Source: Nostoc sp. DedSLP01 (GTDB lineage Bacteria; Cyanobacteriota; Cyanobacteriia; Cyanobacteriales; Nostocaceae). From it: a stretch of DNA of 64,000 nt. The stretch is from NCBI GenBank assembly GCA_034530875.2, contig JAVRCJ020000021.1:32001-96000 (forward strand). Reading direction: 5' to 3'. Below the pieces are notes generated by a model, which ran no database searches, had not been told where the DNA came from, and saw only the letters and a program-made list of their open reading frames with translations. The translations under genes and the position numbers were made by a program. Below are positions 20,990-32,838 of the stretch, one piece after another (positions within the stretch are counted from its first letter, which is position 1; each line of letters starts with the position of its first letter).

Positions 20990-21994
20990 ATGAACCTCAA
21001 AAACCAAACTCTCCTGATTACCGGAATCGACCAATTTGTAGGCTTGCGCGCAGCCGAATTAGCCACAGCCCAGGGAATCAAAGTCCGCGGTTTACAAACT
21101 TCTAAAGAAGATAACAAAAAAGCCCAAAATTTAGGCATTGAACTAATTCATGGTAGTATCACAGATTCTACTATTGCCCAAAAAGCTTGCCAAGGAATAG
21201 ACATCGTTTTACATACAGAACAACTTGCTCAAGAAGCTGGTGCAATCAATCATTTTCGTGACATCAACGTTAACGGCGCTGTTAACATCGCTAAAGCCGC
21301 AAAACAAGCAGGTGTTAAAACTTTTGTACATCTCTCCAGCGTCATGGTCTATGGTTTCAACTATCCTGATGGCGTGACAGAAACCGGACAACTTTCTGGT
21401 GAAAATAACCCTTATTGCCAAACAAAAATAGAAGCAGAAACAGCACTTCTAGAATTAAATAATCCCTCAGAGTTTGGCGTTATTATCATTCGTGCAGGTG
21501 ATATTTATGGCCCTGGAAGTATTCCTTGGATAGTCAAACCAATTTTGATGATGCGTCAAAAATTATTTGCATATCCCAATGATGGTAAGGGAGTAATCAA
21601 TCATGTATATATAGATAACCTGATTGATGCCATATTTTTGGCAATAGAAAAACAGCCTTACGGAGAAATATTTAATATCACCGACGGACAACAAACTTCT
21701 TGGAAAGAGTATTTCATGCACCTAGCAGCAATGGAAGGTTTACCAGCACCTCTTTCCTTACCAAAAGAGGAAATGAAATTGTTTTTAAAGCTACGCGCTC
21801 AAGGACAAAAACTTTTCCGGAAAAAAGCCGATATTTTACCAGAATCTGTAGATTTTATGGCTCGTCCATATTCGTGTTCCATTGAAAAAGCTCAAAATTT
21901 ATTAAATTATAAACCAACAATCGGCCTTGAAGAAGGTATGCAGCGTACACATGAATGGCTGCAAAAAACAGAGATTGAAAATTTAGTGAAATAG
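20990..21994 (+). CDS. NAD-dependent epimerase/dehydratase family protein
   Basis: Degenerate Rossmann motif (LITGIDQFVG), FVHLSS, YCQTK, IYGPG. Confidence 0.85.
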   Translation: MNLKNQTLLITGIDQFVGLRAAELATAQGIKVRGLQTSKEDNKKAQNLGIELIHGSITDSTIAQKACQGIDIVLHTEQLAQEAGAINHFRDINVNGAVNIAKAAKQAGVKTFVHLSSVMVYGFNYPDGVTETGQLSGENNPYCQTKIEAETALLELNNPSEFGVIIIRAGDIYGPGSIPWIVKPILMMRQKLFAYPNDGKGVINHVYIDNLIDAIFLAIEKQPYGEIFNITDGQQTSWKEYFMHLAAMEGLPAPLSLPKEEMKLFLKLRAQGQKLFRKKADILPESVDFMARPYSCSIEKAQNLLNYKPTIGLEEGMQRTHEWLQKTEIENLVK

Positions 21995-22198
21995 GAGAAT
22001 GGGAAGACGCGATTAATCGCGTCTGTACAATATTTAGAAAATCAAGTAAGTGTGGTATAACTTCTTGATTTATTTGGAATTATTCACCTTTTTTTCAAAT
22101 TTTTCTATTAGCTCCTGACTCCTGACTCCTGACTCCTGAATTCTGAATTCTGAATTCTGCTTCAAATCATCCACAAATTGCGTAAATACTTGTTTGAT

Positions 22199-23179
22199 AT
22201 GAGTAGCAATCAGCCACGGTTGAGTATTGGATTGCCTGTATACAATGGTGAAAGATTTCTTCAACAAGCTATAAATTCGCTGTTGGCTCAAAGCTTTAAA
22301 GATTTTGAATTAATTATTTCAGATAATGCATCTACAGATAAAACTGAGGAAATTTGTAGAGCTTATGCGAAGCAAGACCAACGTATTCGCTACTACCGCA
22401 ATGAGTATAACATTGGTTGCGCTCGTAACTTTAATCGTGTCTTTGAATTGTCTTCAGGTGAGTATTTTAAATGGGCAGCTTATGACGATTTACACGCTCC
22501 TGATTTTGTCAGTAAATGCGTTGAGTTACTCGATGCAGACCCTACCATCATTCTGTGCCACACCCAGGTATATTTTATTGACGAACAAGGAAAATTTCTC
22601 CAAAGTTACGATATCAAACTCAAAACAGACGCTCTAAAACCACACCATCGCTTTCACGAATTACTGAGTAAACATTTATGTTATCAGTGCTATGGCGTAA
22701 TTCGTGCTAGCGCTCTGAAAAAAGTACCGCCTATGGGTGGTTATGGTAATGCAGATGGAATTTTCTTGCTAAGGCTTGGCCTTGTGGGTCGATTTTATGA
22801 AATCCCTGAATACTTATTTTTTGCAAGAAGCCATCCGCAACAATCAATGAGTATGTTTTTTCCCAGTTATATGTCTCTAGCAAACAATAATCAAGCATCT
22901 TCATTTAGAAGGTTGCCCGATTATTATGCGTATACAGTGTGGTTTGATTCAGCAAAAAAAGGGAAAATTCTATTGCCACATTGGAGGATGCTATGGGAAT
23001 ATATCATCTCAATATGGTACGTTCCTCTGAGTTTGTATGAGCGCTTATGTTGTCATAGAAGTCTCATACAGAAGTTAAAAGGTGCAGAATATTTGCTAGT
23101 GAAAGATTTGCTAAAAGTGTTGAAAATTCTTGTTAAAAATTGGCGACAAGCAGCAATTAGAACAAGAGTTAGCCATTAA
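22199..23179 (+). CDS. Glycosyltransferase family 2
   Basis: SIGLPVYNGE, IISDNASTD, WAAYDD motifs; ATG at 22199. Confidence 0.88.
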   Translation: MSSNQPRLSIGLPVYNGERFLQQAINSLLAQSFKDFELIISDNASTDKTEEICRAYAKQDQRIRYYRNEYNIGCARNFNRVFELSSGEYFKWAAYDDLHAPDFVSKCVELLDADPTIILCHTQVYFIDEQGKFLQSYDIKLKTDALKPHHRFHELLSKHLCYQCYGVIRASALKKVPPMGGYGNADGIFLLRLGLVGRFYEIPEYLFFARSHPQQSMSMFFPSYMSLANNNQASSFRRLPDYYAYTVWFDSAKKGKILLPHWRMLWEYIISIWYVPLSLYERLCCHRSLIQKLKGAEYLLVKDLLKVLKILVKNWRQAAIRTRVSH

Positions 23180-23294
23180 TTATTTCTCTCTCTTCAGCAA
23201 TCGGGTAAGTATGCCTCCTGTTTTTTTGGATGGCAATGTATGAGCATAGAAAAGTTTTTCCACGTTCAAATCTCTATCTTTTGACTAGAAAATT

Positions 23295-23762
23295 ATGCTG
23301 AAACTATCTCAATTGTCTTACTTTTTGTTTGCTAGTTTATTAAGCATCAGCTTTACTAAAACAGTAAACGCTGAACCAGCAGCAAAACTTAGTATTGTAG
23401 TCAATGGAATCCGTCACCAAAAAGGCGAAATTTGCTTCCGAATTTTTGGGGGTGAAAGAGGATTTCCTATGAAGAATACTAGTGAAGTTAAAAGTGGCTG
23501 CGCTAAGATTACAGGCACTTCTGTAAAACAAGAATTCTCTGGTTTAAAACCAGGAACTTATGCTGTTGCTGTAGTTGACGATCAAAATGGCGATCGCAAA
23601 CTCAATAAAGACTTTTTTGGTATTCCCACAGAAGGATTTGGCATTTCCAAAAATCCAACTGTATCTATACAAACAGGCACGCCAAAGTTTCGCGATGCCA
23701 GTTTTGTAGTCAATAAAAATACCACAGTCAACATTATCATGAAATACTCTTTGGATTCATAA
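23295..23762 (+). CDS. DUF2141 family secreted protein
   Basis: Signal peptide; PGTYAVAVVDDQNGD...FGIPTEGFGISKNP. Confidence 0.8.
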   Translation: MLKLSQLSYFLFASLLSISFTKTVNAEPAAKLSIVVNGIRHQKGEICFRIFGGERGFPMKNTSEVKSGCAKITGTSVKQEFSGLKPGTYAVAVVDDQNGDRKLNKDFFGIPTEGFGISKNPTVSIQTGTPKFRDASFVVNKNTTVNIIMKYSLDS

Positions 23763-23898
23763 ATCAAAGGGGAATGGGGAGTAGGGAGTAGGGGAGATGA
23801 GGGAGATAAGGGAGAATAACTCCTAACTCCTAACTCCTAACTCGTAACTCCCCATTCCCTATTCCCCATTCCCTACTCCCCCATTCTTGGAGAATTTA

Positions 23899-25158
23899 AT
23901 GGAAGATTTGGCAATATTTCTGTCTAAGTCTTTGATGGGTTGGCTAGTTATTCAGGTGTGTTTAACGCTAATCTTTATTTGGTATTTGCGCTCGTCTCCA
24001 AAAACTTTATTATCAGATGAGCAGTTACCTAAAACAGCAGTAATTCTTTGCTTACGAGGAGCCGATCCTTTTTTACCTAGTTGTTTGCGATCGCTCCTCA
24101 ATCAAAACTACCCAAATTACAATTTAAAGTTAGTTATTGATAATCAAGAAGATCCTGCTTGGAAAATTGCCAGCGAAACTATCATAGAGCAAGAAGCAAC
24201 TAATGTTCAAATCAGCCCTTTGAGAATGATACGCAAGAATTGCAGTCTCAAATGCAGTTCTCTAGTGCAGGCTGTTCGCGAGTTGGACGACTCCTATAAA
24301 GTGGTTGCTTTAGTAGATGCTGATACTATAGTTCATGCCAATTGGCTGCGAGAATTAGTCAGTCCTCTAGGCGATGCTAACGTCGGCGCAACAACCGGTA
24401 ACCGTTGGTACGTACCAACAGGTAGGTATTGGGGATCTTTAGTACGATACATGGGCAATGTATCTACAGTCGTGCAAATGTTCCTCTTCCAAATTCCTTG
24501 GGGCGGAACTTTAGCTATAAAAACAGAAGTGCTTCATCAAACAGAACTTCTAGATAAGTGGGCACAAGCTTTAAGCGAAGATTTCATGATTCACGATGTT
24601 CTGAAAATACATGGATTAAAGGTTAAATTTGTACCTTCTTTATTAACAGTAAATCGTGAAGAAATTGATTTAATCGGCTTACTAGATTCTCTCAAACGCT
24701 TGATACTTTGTTCTCGACTTTATCACCCGCGTTGGTTGGCTATAGTTAGTGAAGCTGTTTCTAGCATTCTGTTTCCAACTACAGTGATTATGTTAATTTT
24801 AGAGTCATTGTTAGAAACAAAATGGGAAGCCGCAGGTTTATTATTTGTCTGCTATAGCGTCTATATTATCGGATTGCTTTTACTGATACTTGTCTTGGAA
24901 TTAGTAATACAGCAAGTAGTTCGCTCGAATAACCAACCAATAACTAAATTATCAGTCAATACAATCGTTAAAATGTTGATTGGAATTCCCCTAACGCAAT
25001 GGGTTTATGGGTTGGCGATGCTATCATCTCTGTGGATTTCAACAGTCACTTGGCGCAGTATCAGCTATAGAGTTCGAGGGGCTTGGAATATCCGCTTAGT
25101 AGAATATCGCCCTTATCAATGGTTGGATCAGCCTAGTGATAGCAAGATTTCTCTTTAA
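23899..25158 (+). CDS. Membrane GT2/GT21-like glycosyltransferase
   Basis: CLRGAD, DAD, WGG, SED motifs; N- and C-terminal TM helices; ATG at 23899 with a GGAG SD. Confidence 0.8.
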   Translation: MEDLAIFLSKSLMGWLVIQVCLTLIFIWYLRSSPKTLLSDEQLPKTAVILCLRGADPFLPSCLRSLLNQNYPNYNLKLVIDNQEDPAWKIASETIIEQEATNVQISPLRMIRKNCSLKCSSLVQAVRELDDSYKVVALVDADTIVHANWLRELVSPLGDANVGATTGNRWYVPTGRYWGSLVRYMGNVSTVVQMFLFQIPWGGTLAIKTEVLHQTELLDKWAQALSEDFMIHDVLKIHGLKVKFVPSLLTVNREEIDLIGLLDSLKRLILCSRLYHPRWLAIVSEAVSSILFPTTVIMLILESLLETKWEAAGLLFVCYSVYIIGLLLLILVLELVIQQVVRSNNQPITKLSVNTIVKMLIGIPLTQWVYGLAMLSSLWISTVTWRSISYRVRGAWNIRLVEYRPYQWLDQPSDSKISL

Positions 25159-25523
25159 AGAGAATTCAGGAGTCAGAATTCAGAATTCAGAATTATAAAA
25201 GATTCTCTGTCTAGCTATCAGATTTAGATAGTGTAATGAACTTTCTTTGAAATCGCTATAAATATCAACTAGAGAAATGAAACTGATTAGGCTAAACATT
25301 TCCTAGTACTGAATTTATATTGCTATCAAGCATTAGTATTGAGAATTATTCAAAATCAGAGTTACTAGAACTTATTGATTTTTTGAAATTTTTCAGTTTG
25401 AGTATAAATATCTTCTGAATTATAAATTTTTAATTCAGATTGTCAACTCATACTCTTCTTCAGAAGTTTACTGCGTAAATCCTAAAGCAAAACCAGTATT
25501 TTAGCGAAAAATTAATTTTTGAC

Positions 25524-26771
25524 ATGACTAAAAAACGACTCCGCATTGCTTTATTTACGGGATTGTACGCTCCTTTTTTAACTGGAGTTTCTGTAGCAGT
25601 ACATCAACGAGTTCGTTGGTTGTTGGAACAGGGACATGAAGTTTTTTTGATTCATCCACAAATTAACGATCGCTATCCAAAAAATGTTGGCGCTCGCCCT
25701 ATGCTAGGATTAAATGAAATTCAATCTTTTCCTAACTTATCCACTTACGCATTCCCCACAAAACCGCTAATATTTTATAAGTCTCTTCCCCAACCATTGC
25801 ACTATCGGCATTGGAGTGATACTAAGCTTTTAGAAAAATTTAAGCCCGACATTATAGTGGTTGAAGAAGCGCCACAAATGCGAGGTTTATACTCACTTTT
25901 CTTGCAAGGTTACGGTCGCCCTGTAGGAACACAATACGCAAGACGCACGGGTACGCCAATAATTTCACTTTTCCATACTGATATTGTTGAGTACATTAAA
26001 TATTACTTTGGCAATAAAGCCTTCAGCTTAGTTCGCCTAATCATTCCTATTTTGGTCAAACAGTTTAGCAAGGCTTACGACTTCAATTTCTTTCCTTCTC
26101 AAGAACAACTCAAGAAATACAAAAATCTTCAATGCCAACGTGCTGAATATCTCCCTTATCAAGGTATAGATTGCGAAAAATTTCACCCCCGAAATATCTG
26201 TCACGACCCAATTCCTAACGACCATCGACCAACTTTGCTGTTTGTCGGACGCATCACCGCCGAAAAGAACGTCAACCAACTGATTGATATATTTCCCCTC
26301 ATTGCTGCCAAAATCCCTGATGTCCATCTGGTGATTGTTGGAAGTGGCCCCCAAGATCGAGAAATTCGCCAACGTGCCCAACAGTTTGCACCTGGTATTA
26401 CCATCTGGGGCGAATCCCACGGTACAGAACTTTTAGGCTGGTTTGCCAGAGCAGATATTTTTGTTAACCCCTCTATCACCGAAAATTTCTGCACTACAAA
26501 TAACGAAGCCCTAGCTTCTGGAACCCCTTTAGTTGCTGTTACTGCACCTTCAACTTCAGAACAAGTATTTCCTGGCCGCAACGGCTTCCTCGCTCAACCC
26601 AACAACCCCACAGACTTTGCGCAAAAGGTAATCGCGATTCTAGAAAATCCCGAATTAAAGGCATACATGACACAACAAGCCCGCCCCTCCATAATCGATT
26701 TCGATTGGTCGGCGTGTATGGAAAAATTTGAAAACAAACTCTATCAAATTGTTGAGGGGACTACTAATTGA
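25524..26771 (+). CDS. hglT: HglT, GT4 heterocyst glycolipid glycosyltransferase
   Basis: RIALFTGLYAPFLTGVS, FVGRITAEKN, ENFCTTNNEALASG; last gene of the hgl island. Confidence 0.85.
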   Translation: MTKKRLRIALFTGLYAPFLTGVSVAVHQRVRWLLEQGHEVFLIHPQINDRYPKNVGARPMLGLNEIQSFPNLSTYAFPTKPLIFYKSLPQPLHYRHWSDTKLLEKFKPDIIVVEEAPQMRGLYSLFLQGYGRPVGTQYARRTGTPIISLFHTDIVEYIKYYFGNKAFSLVRLIIPILVKQFSKAYDFNFFPSQEQLKKYKNLQCQRAEYLPYQGIDCEKFHPRNICHDPIPNDHRPTLLFVGRITAEKNVNQLIDIFPLIAAKIPDVHLVIVGSGPQDREIRQRAQQFAPGITIWGESHGTELLGWFARADIFVNPSITENFCTTNNEALASGTPLVAVTAPSTSEQVFPGRNGFLAQPNNPTDFAQKVIAILENPELKAYMTQQARPSIIDFDWSACMEKFENKLYQIVEGTTN

Positions 26772-26902
26772 GCATTGGAATGGGGAAAGGGAAAGGGGTA
26801 AGATAAAATTTATTCCTTTTCCCTTTAACCTTTTCCCCTGCTTCCCCGCCGCCTCTGCTCCCTCTGCCCCTCTACCCCCCCTACCTCCCCACTCCCCACT
26901 CC

Positions 26903-27841
26903 CTACTCCCCACCCACCAAAGCAATTTCTGATAACAATAAAAGCTGCTCTTGTAAATTTTTCAGGAAACCTAAAGTTACTTGATAGGTTATAGTTTCTC
27001 CCTGTTGGGCAAAGTATTCTAGCGCCTTTCGTAAGTCTGCAATTGCGGCTTGTTCGCGGCCAAGCTGATGGTAAGCTATACCCCGATTAAGATAAGCTTG
27101 GGCGTTGGTTGGGTAAAATTTTAGCGATTCAGTAAAATCCTCAATAGCACAAGAGCGATCGCTGCTTCTAACACAAGCACAAGCGCGATTATAATACGCT
27201 CTGTAATTATTGGGATCGATCGCAATTGCTTTTGAAAAATCGAGCATAGCTGCTTTTAAATCTGACAATTCAAAACGAGCGATTCCCCGTTCGTTGTAGA
27301 TATCTGCTCTCAGTACGCTAGATGTTGCCGGAATATTGGTTAGTGCTAGTTCGTAATCTGAGATTGCTTGCTGGTAATTACCCAACATAGAACGGGCTAC
27401 CCCTCGGTTGTAGTAAGCTCTAAAATTATTAGGTTTGAGTGCGATCGCTCGATCGTAATCTGCGATCGCTGCGTGATAATTACCTTGTTTGTAGTATGCT
27501 AACCCTCGGTTGAGGTGTGCTGTTACATTGTTGGGTGTTAAATTTAGAGCTTGCTTGCAATCGGCGATCGCATTTTGATAATTTTCTATTTTGAGATAAG
27601 CAAGACAGCGATGATTGTAAGCCGAAGCAAAATCATTTCTGAGCTTAATTGCCTCACTGAAATTTTCAATAGCTTCCGCATAATTGCCATCGTGTATTTT
27701 TTCAACCCCTAACTTCAAAAAATCTCCGGCTGTGATTTCAGTACTAGCAATAGGTAGCGAGTACCCAGGTGAAGCGATAAAAATACAGACGAGTGCGAAG
27801 GCAATACCAAAATTGAGCATGAATCGGAAAAAGCGACTCAT
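26903..27841 (-). CDS. Tetratricopeptide repeat protein with N-terminal signal/TM segment
   Basis: Repeated AYYNRG...AIADY..AI TPR units. Confidence 0.88.
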   Translation of the reverse strand: MSRFFRFMLNFGIAFALVCIFIASPGYSLPIASTEITAGDFLKLGVEKIHDGNYAEAIENFSEAIKLRNDFASAYNHRCLAYLKIENYQNAIADCKQALNLTPNNVTAHLNRGLAYYKQGNYHAAIADYDRAIALKPNNFRAYYNRGVARSMLGNYQQAISDYELALTNIPATSSVLRADIYNERGIARFELSDLKAAMLDFSKAIAIDPNNYRAYYNRACACVRSSDRSCAIEDFTESLKFYPTNAQAYLNRGIAYHQLGREQAAIADLRKALEYFAQQGETITYQVTLGFLKNLQEQLLLLSEIALVGGE

Positions 27842-28371
27842 AATGATATCTCGCATTGCTAAGAGAACAAAAAATAGTACGCAATATCAAGTCCAAAGCA
27901 AAACTCATAATTAGGTTTAATGTACGCAGAGCTTCCAATTATAAGTAATTAACCGAACTTGATGAGGACGTTTTAAAAGTAGTGCCTGATGTATTAAAAC
28001 CTATAATCCTTCTACAATATGTTCGCAAAGAAGGATTTTCATCAATTCCCGACTTTCACAATTGCTGCAAGCACATTCTTAATTCCAATTTTCTTGTTCC
28101 CCGCTGGTATCGTCAAAAGACAGTCTGTCAAAGTACCATTTTTGAAAAATATTTAGTGATGTCTGGTGAGAATATACGTTAAACTCTTAAGAAACAGATT
28201 TTGAACGATATAAAGTTTGCTTAATTATTTATACTCAATCTCTGCTGCGAATTGCTATAAGTCTTGCTTGTAAAAGGAGAAAAGGGAAAAGGGTAATTTC
28301 AAACCTTTCCCCTTTTCCCCTCTTTATTTATAGATTTTAGGGTGAGCATTTTGCCCACCCTAACTTCTCAA

Positions 28372-30666
28372 TTATTCTTTCAGTGCCTCAGCAGTCTTCT
28401 CTTTATCCAATTTGAGAATTAACACACCCAAAGGTGGTAAACACAAATCCAAGGAATGAGGACTACTGTGCAAAGACCACTCATCCGTCCACTTGCCGCC
28501 TAAATTGCCCATGTTACTGCCACCGTACTTACGAGCATCGCTGTTGAACAACTCGGTATAAAATCCCTTTTCTGGAACACCAATACGGTAGTGAGAATGG
28601 GGTTGCGGCGTGAAGTTGCAAACCACAACCACAAAATCCTCAGTATCCTTATCGCGACGGATAAAGGAAACCACACTATGGCGGTTATCGCTACAGTCAA
28701 TCCACTGAAACCCTGGTTCAGCAAAATCCTGAGTATATAAAGCTGGTTCGCTGCGGTAAAGATGGTTTAAATCCTGGAAAAAGCCTTTTAACTGTTGATG
28801 GGCTTCATACTGCAATAAATGCCACTCTAAGTCAGCCCAAACATTCCATTCACTCCACTGTCCAAACTCCATGCTCATAAACATGGTTTTCTTGCCTGGG
28901 TGAGCAAACATATAGGTAAACAAGCAACGCACATTCGCGAACTTCTGCCATCTATCCCCCGGCATTTTGCCGATTATATTACTCTTGCCATGCACCACTT
29001 CATCGTGCGACAAGGCCAGCATGAAGTTCTCGCTGTGGTTATACCACATACTAAAGGTGATGTTGTTTTGGTGGAACTGGCGGAACCAAGGATCCATGCT
29101 GAAGTAGTCCAGCATATCGTGCATCCAGCCCATATTCCACTTCAAGTTAAAGCCCAGTCCGCCTGTGTAGGTGGGCCAAGAAACCATCGGCCAAGAAGTG
29201 GATTCTTCAGCAATTGAGAGAATTCCAGGAAAATAGCTGAAGATAGTGTGATTTACTTGGCGCAGAAAATCCGCTGCTTCTAGATTTTCTCTGCCGCCGT
29301 ACTGGTTGGGCAGCCATTCTCCAGGTTTGCGGCAATAGTCATTGTAGAGCATCGAAGCCACAGCATCGACACGAATCCCGTCAATGTGGTATTTGTCAAA
29401 CCAAAATAGGGCATTTGCCATCAAAAAATTTCTGACTTCGTGGCGACTATAGTTGAACACCAAAGTACCCCATTCTTTGTGTTCGCCTTTGCGGGGGTCG
29501 GCGTGTTCGTATAAGTGGCTTCCATCAAAGAATGCTAGACCATGACCATCTTTCGGGAAGTGACCGGGAACCCAATCCACAATTACGCCGATTTCGTTTT
29601 CATGACATTTGTCAACAAAATACATGAAATCTTCAGGCGTACCAAAACGGGAAGTAGGAGCATAGTACCCAGTTACTTGATAACCCCAAGAACCATCAAA
29701 GGGATGTTCGGCAATGGGTAGCAATTCTATGTGGGTGTATCCTAATTCTTTAACGTAGGGAATAAGTCGCTCTGCTAATTCCCGGTAAGTTAAAAAGCGT
29801 GCGCCTGGTTTGAGTTCCGAAACGATAACTACAGGCTCGGTTTCACCGTTGGGCAGTTTTGCTGGTTCGGCACTAGAAGCGTGTAACCAAGAGCCTAAAT
29901 GCACTTCATAAACAGAAACTGGCTGAGTTAAGGGGTCAGTGTGACGCCGCTTTTCCATCCAATGTTCGTCATTCCAAGTGTAAGCATCTAAATCAGTGAC
30001 AATGGATGCAGTTTTTGGGCGAGCTTCCTGCTGAAAACCGTAGGGATCGGATTTTTCGTAAATGTGACCTTCAAAATTTTTGATTTCATATTTGTAATGC
30101 TCGCCCACTCCGATTTCCGGAATGAACAATTCCCAAACCCCGGTAGGGCCTTTACGCATCTGGTGTTTGCGCCCATCCCAGTAGTTAAAATCTCCCAAAA
30201 TTGAAACATTACGACCGTTTGGTGCCCAAACGGCAAAATATACGCCTTTGACGCCATTTATTTGGGTGGGGTGCGCTCCCAGTTTCTCGTAAATTCGATG
30301 ATGGTTGCCTTCACCAAACAAATGCAAGTCAAAGTCTGTCAAGTTGGGAGAACGGAAAGCGTAAGGATCGTAAGTGACACGCTCGTGTTCCCCTTCTTTA
30401 ATTCGTAACTGGTAGTTTGCCAGTTCTGGGGTTTCAATGGTGCATTCAAAAAAGTTGGGATGATGCACTGTTTGCATTGGGTATTCTTTCCGTTCTTCAG
30501 GAAGGATTACCCATGCTGCGCTTGCATTTGGTAAGTAGGCTCGTACAGCCCAGGCAGTTTTACCATTTTCTTGTATGGCATGGGAACCCAGTATTTCAAA
30601 CGGATCGTGATGCTGATTCCAAACGATGCGGTTAACCTGTTCAGGAGCGATCGTGGTCGTGGACAT
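28372..30666 (-). CDS. glgB: 1,4-alpha-glucan branching enzyme
   Basis: GH13 motifs [39 protein letters not shown]. Confidence 0.97.
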   Translation of the reverse strand: MSTTTIAPEQVNRIVWNQHHDPFEILGSHAIQENGKTAWAVRAYLPNASAAWVILPEERKEYPMQTVHHPNFFECTIETPELANYQLRIKEGEHERVTYDPYAFRSPNLTDFDLHLFGEGNHHRIYEKLGAHPTQINGVKGVYFAVWAPNGRNVSILGDFNYWDGRKHQMRKGPTGVWELFIPEIGVGEHYKYEIKNFEGHIYEKSDPYGFQQEARPKTASIVTDLDAYTWNDEHWMEKRRHTDPLTQPVSVYEVHLGSWLHASSAEPAKLPNGETEPVVIVSELKPGARFLTYRELAERLIPYVKELGYTHIELLPIAEHPFDGSWGYQVTGYYAPTSRFGTPEDFMYFVDKCHENEIGVIVDWVPGHFPKDGHGLAFFDGSHLYEHADPRKGEHKEWGTLVFNYSRHEVRNFLMANALFWFDKYHIDGIRVDAVASMLYNDYCRKPGEWLPNQYGGRENLEAADFLRQVNHTIFSYFPGILSIAEESTSWPMVSWPTYTGGLGFNLKWNMGWMHDMLDYFSMDPWFRQFHQNNITFSMWYNHSENFMLALSHDEVVHGKSNIIGKMPGDRWQKFANVRCLFTYMFAHPGKKTMFMSMEFGQWSEWNVWADLEWHLLQYEAHQQLKGFFQDLNHLYRSEPALYTQDFAEPGFQWIDCSDNRHSVVSFIRRDKDTEDFVVVVCNFTPQPHSHYRIGVPEKGFYTELFNSDARKYGGSNMGNLGGKWTDEWSLHSSPHSLDLCLPPLGVLILKLDKEKTAEALKE

Positions 30667-30800
30667 GAAGCTACCTACGTGTAATAACGTGTTGACTAAG
30701 CGTACTTTTTTAATATCTATATATATTCTTTACATTTATTTGCAATTTTGTCGCCACCGTTATCCTACCTCAGAATGAATCATCTGGTTTTTGGAAATAG

Positions 30801-30885
30801 GGCAGGGGGCAGGAGGCAGGGGGCAGAAGGCAGGGGGCAGGGGGCAGGGAAAACTAATGACTAATGACTAATGACCAATGACTAA
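30801..30885. repeat. Composite STRR: (GGGGCAG/GAGGCAG)n + (TAATGAC)n
   Basis: Two adjacent heptamer arrays; a similar composite occurs at 33562-33664. Confidence 0.8.
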
Positions 30886-31214
30886 ATATTTAAAAATGGG
30901 AAAAACTGAAGTAAGGCTTTACGTATGCGCAGTAAAAAAATTTGGTCGCGAATTTTGGGGTCTAGTTTTGGCGGTGGTGCTTGTTGCAGCTGTGATTCTA
31001 GCTGGGCGTATTCGGCAGCTGTCAGGAATTTACCATCGATGGGCGATCGCCCTTCTATGATAATCTGCGTCCGTAATATCTCTTCTGGTATATCTTCTGG
31101 TGGCGGTAATGCTATTACTGGCGATCGCCAATTGCTATTTAAAAACAAAACTGTAGCAGTAGCTACAAATAAAAATAGCAATTTTACTATTGTCTTGACT
31201 TGAACTCTCACCAT
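30882..31214 (-). CDS. Small hypothetical exported protein
   Basis: N-terminal hydrophobic segment, then LPPPEDIPEEILRT...GRSPIDGK. Confidence 0.7.
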   Translation of the reverse strand: MVRVQVKTIVKLLFLFVATATVLFLNSNWRSPVIALPPPEDIPEEILRTQIIIEGRSPIDGKFLTAAEYAQLESQLQQAPPPKLDPKIRDQIFLLRIRKALLQFFPFLNI

Positions 31215-31774
31215 CTTCCCAACTGCATTCGCAACGCAGCATGAAAATCTGTTTTCTGATACCTAATGTTTCACCAAAATAAAAATCTGGCAATATCAAG
31301 GGACATCGCCAGGTCTTGTTATTTGATACACGATCGATTGTTTTGTCTTTCCTTGCACTTGTAACAAGGTTCCTCAAGCAAAAATTTGAGCCGGAAACTT
31401 GACTGAGGACAGTATCTTCATCGTGTCCTTTACTTTCTTTCGTTCGTAGTTGGTGTTGAAGCCAGCTTTTGTACGGCACTACAAAAATTTACTGACTATT
31501 AAAAATTTTCAAAAGCTTTGTTCGTAAGCTTTTGGATTTTAGCAAATTTACAGAAGCCTGAAACTCAGGCTTCTTTGAATCTGAACTTGGTGATTTCGTC
31601 TACTTTACAAATAAAACAAGCTAAATCAGCCTTTCCTCTATCGGCTGTACAAGGCTCTCACACTCCAACACACAGGTGTGAGTTAGAGCGTGAACTTGAT
31701 TAATTCAAGCTATGTAGTGAGGAACTTTGTCACAAGGCAATTTTGGGCTGATTTAAACTCAATTTTAGAGTGCC

Positions 31775-31984
31775 TTATTTAGGAGTAGCAGTCGTTGTTG
31801 GAGAAGCAGCTGGGGTAGGAGCAGTCGGAGCAGCTGGGGTAGGAGCTGTAGTAGCAGGTGCATCTGTTGGTTCACCTGTAGGAGCTGGAGTAGTAGTACT
31901 GCCGCCATCACCACCGCCTTCACATGCTCCGAGCATTGCAGCCAGACTTAACATTAGAGCCAAACCAAAGATTTTTGTTTTCAT
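31775..31984 (-). CDS. Small Pro/Thr/Ala-rich lipoprotein
   Basis: Lipobox LGA-C, AGGAG SD, low-complexity tail. Confidence 0.8.
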   Translation of the reverse strand: MKTKIFGLALMLSLAAMLGACEGGGDGGSTTTPAPTGEPTDAPATTAPTPAAPTAPTPAASPTTTATPK

Positions 31985-32838
31985 AACTCCTCTTTCACCA
32001 ATTGTGGCTAGAATAATTTTTCGCCTGTTGAATACGATACCGTATTTATAGCTTTTTTTTAAATCCTGTAAGATTACATACTTAAAAAAAACAACCTTTG
32101 GGCGTATTGTTTTTCAAGTTTAGATAGCATACAGGCATTTGATTAGTTTCTCTTAACTCAGCAGGAAAATCGAAACTATTAAATTTTCTGGTCAATCGAG
32201 CTATCATAACAAAAAATTTTATTGTTAAGACTTTAAGAGTCAGCCCTGAGAATCTAGAATGAATCGGATTATAACTAGGGAATTAATACTGGGTTGAATC
32301 TAATACTATATTTATAAAACACGCGGTTTTATTGAGATACGGAAATAAGTCAGAGGCGTGATTTCTAGCGATCGCCCAGTAAAACCGTCTCTTATAGCTT
32401 ATAGCTCTTGGTATCCCAGAGGCTAACGAACAGCCAGATCTCAGCTCCCTTCTAACCCACAATTAGAGAGACGCAATGAAATTTTAAGTATAAAAAATTA
32501 CTACATGTTTTGAGTCTTCCAGCTTCCCAACAGACTAAACTGCTGGAAAATTTCGCCTGAATTGCAATCTGTTTTTTATTTTTTCACAGAGTATTGCACC
32601 TAGCTGCCCAGCATTGCCATACTTTAGGTGCGATATCTAAATAGCAAGCTGTCCAGTTTCTAATCGCGGATTGCAAACATTGCAATATCTAGCGGATGCA
32701 AACATTGATATATCTAGCTATTGGAACAGTTAAAAGGGTGTAGTCTGTTATGTGTGTTTGTTGCCTAGAAGGTGATTTTAACCTCAGGAAATACAAACAA
32801 TCAATTGAAAATACAGTATTTTCCATCTAAAAAAATTT

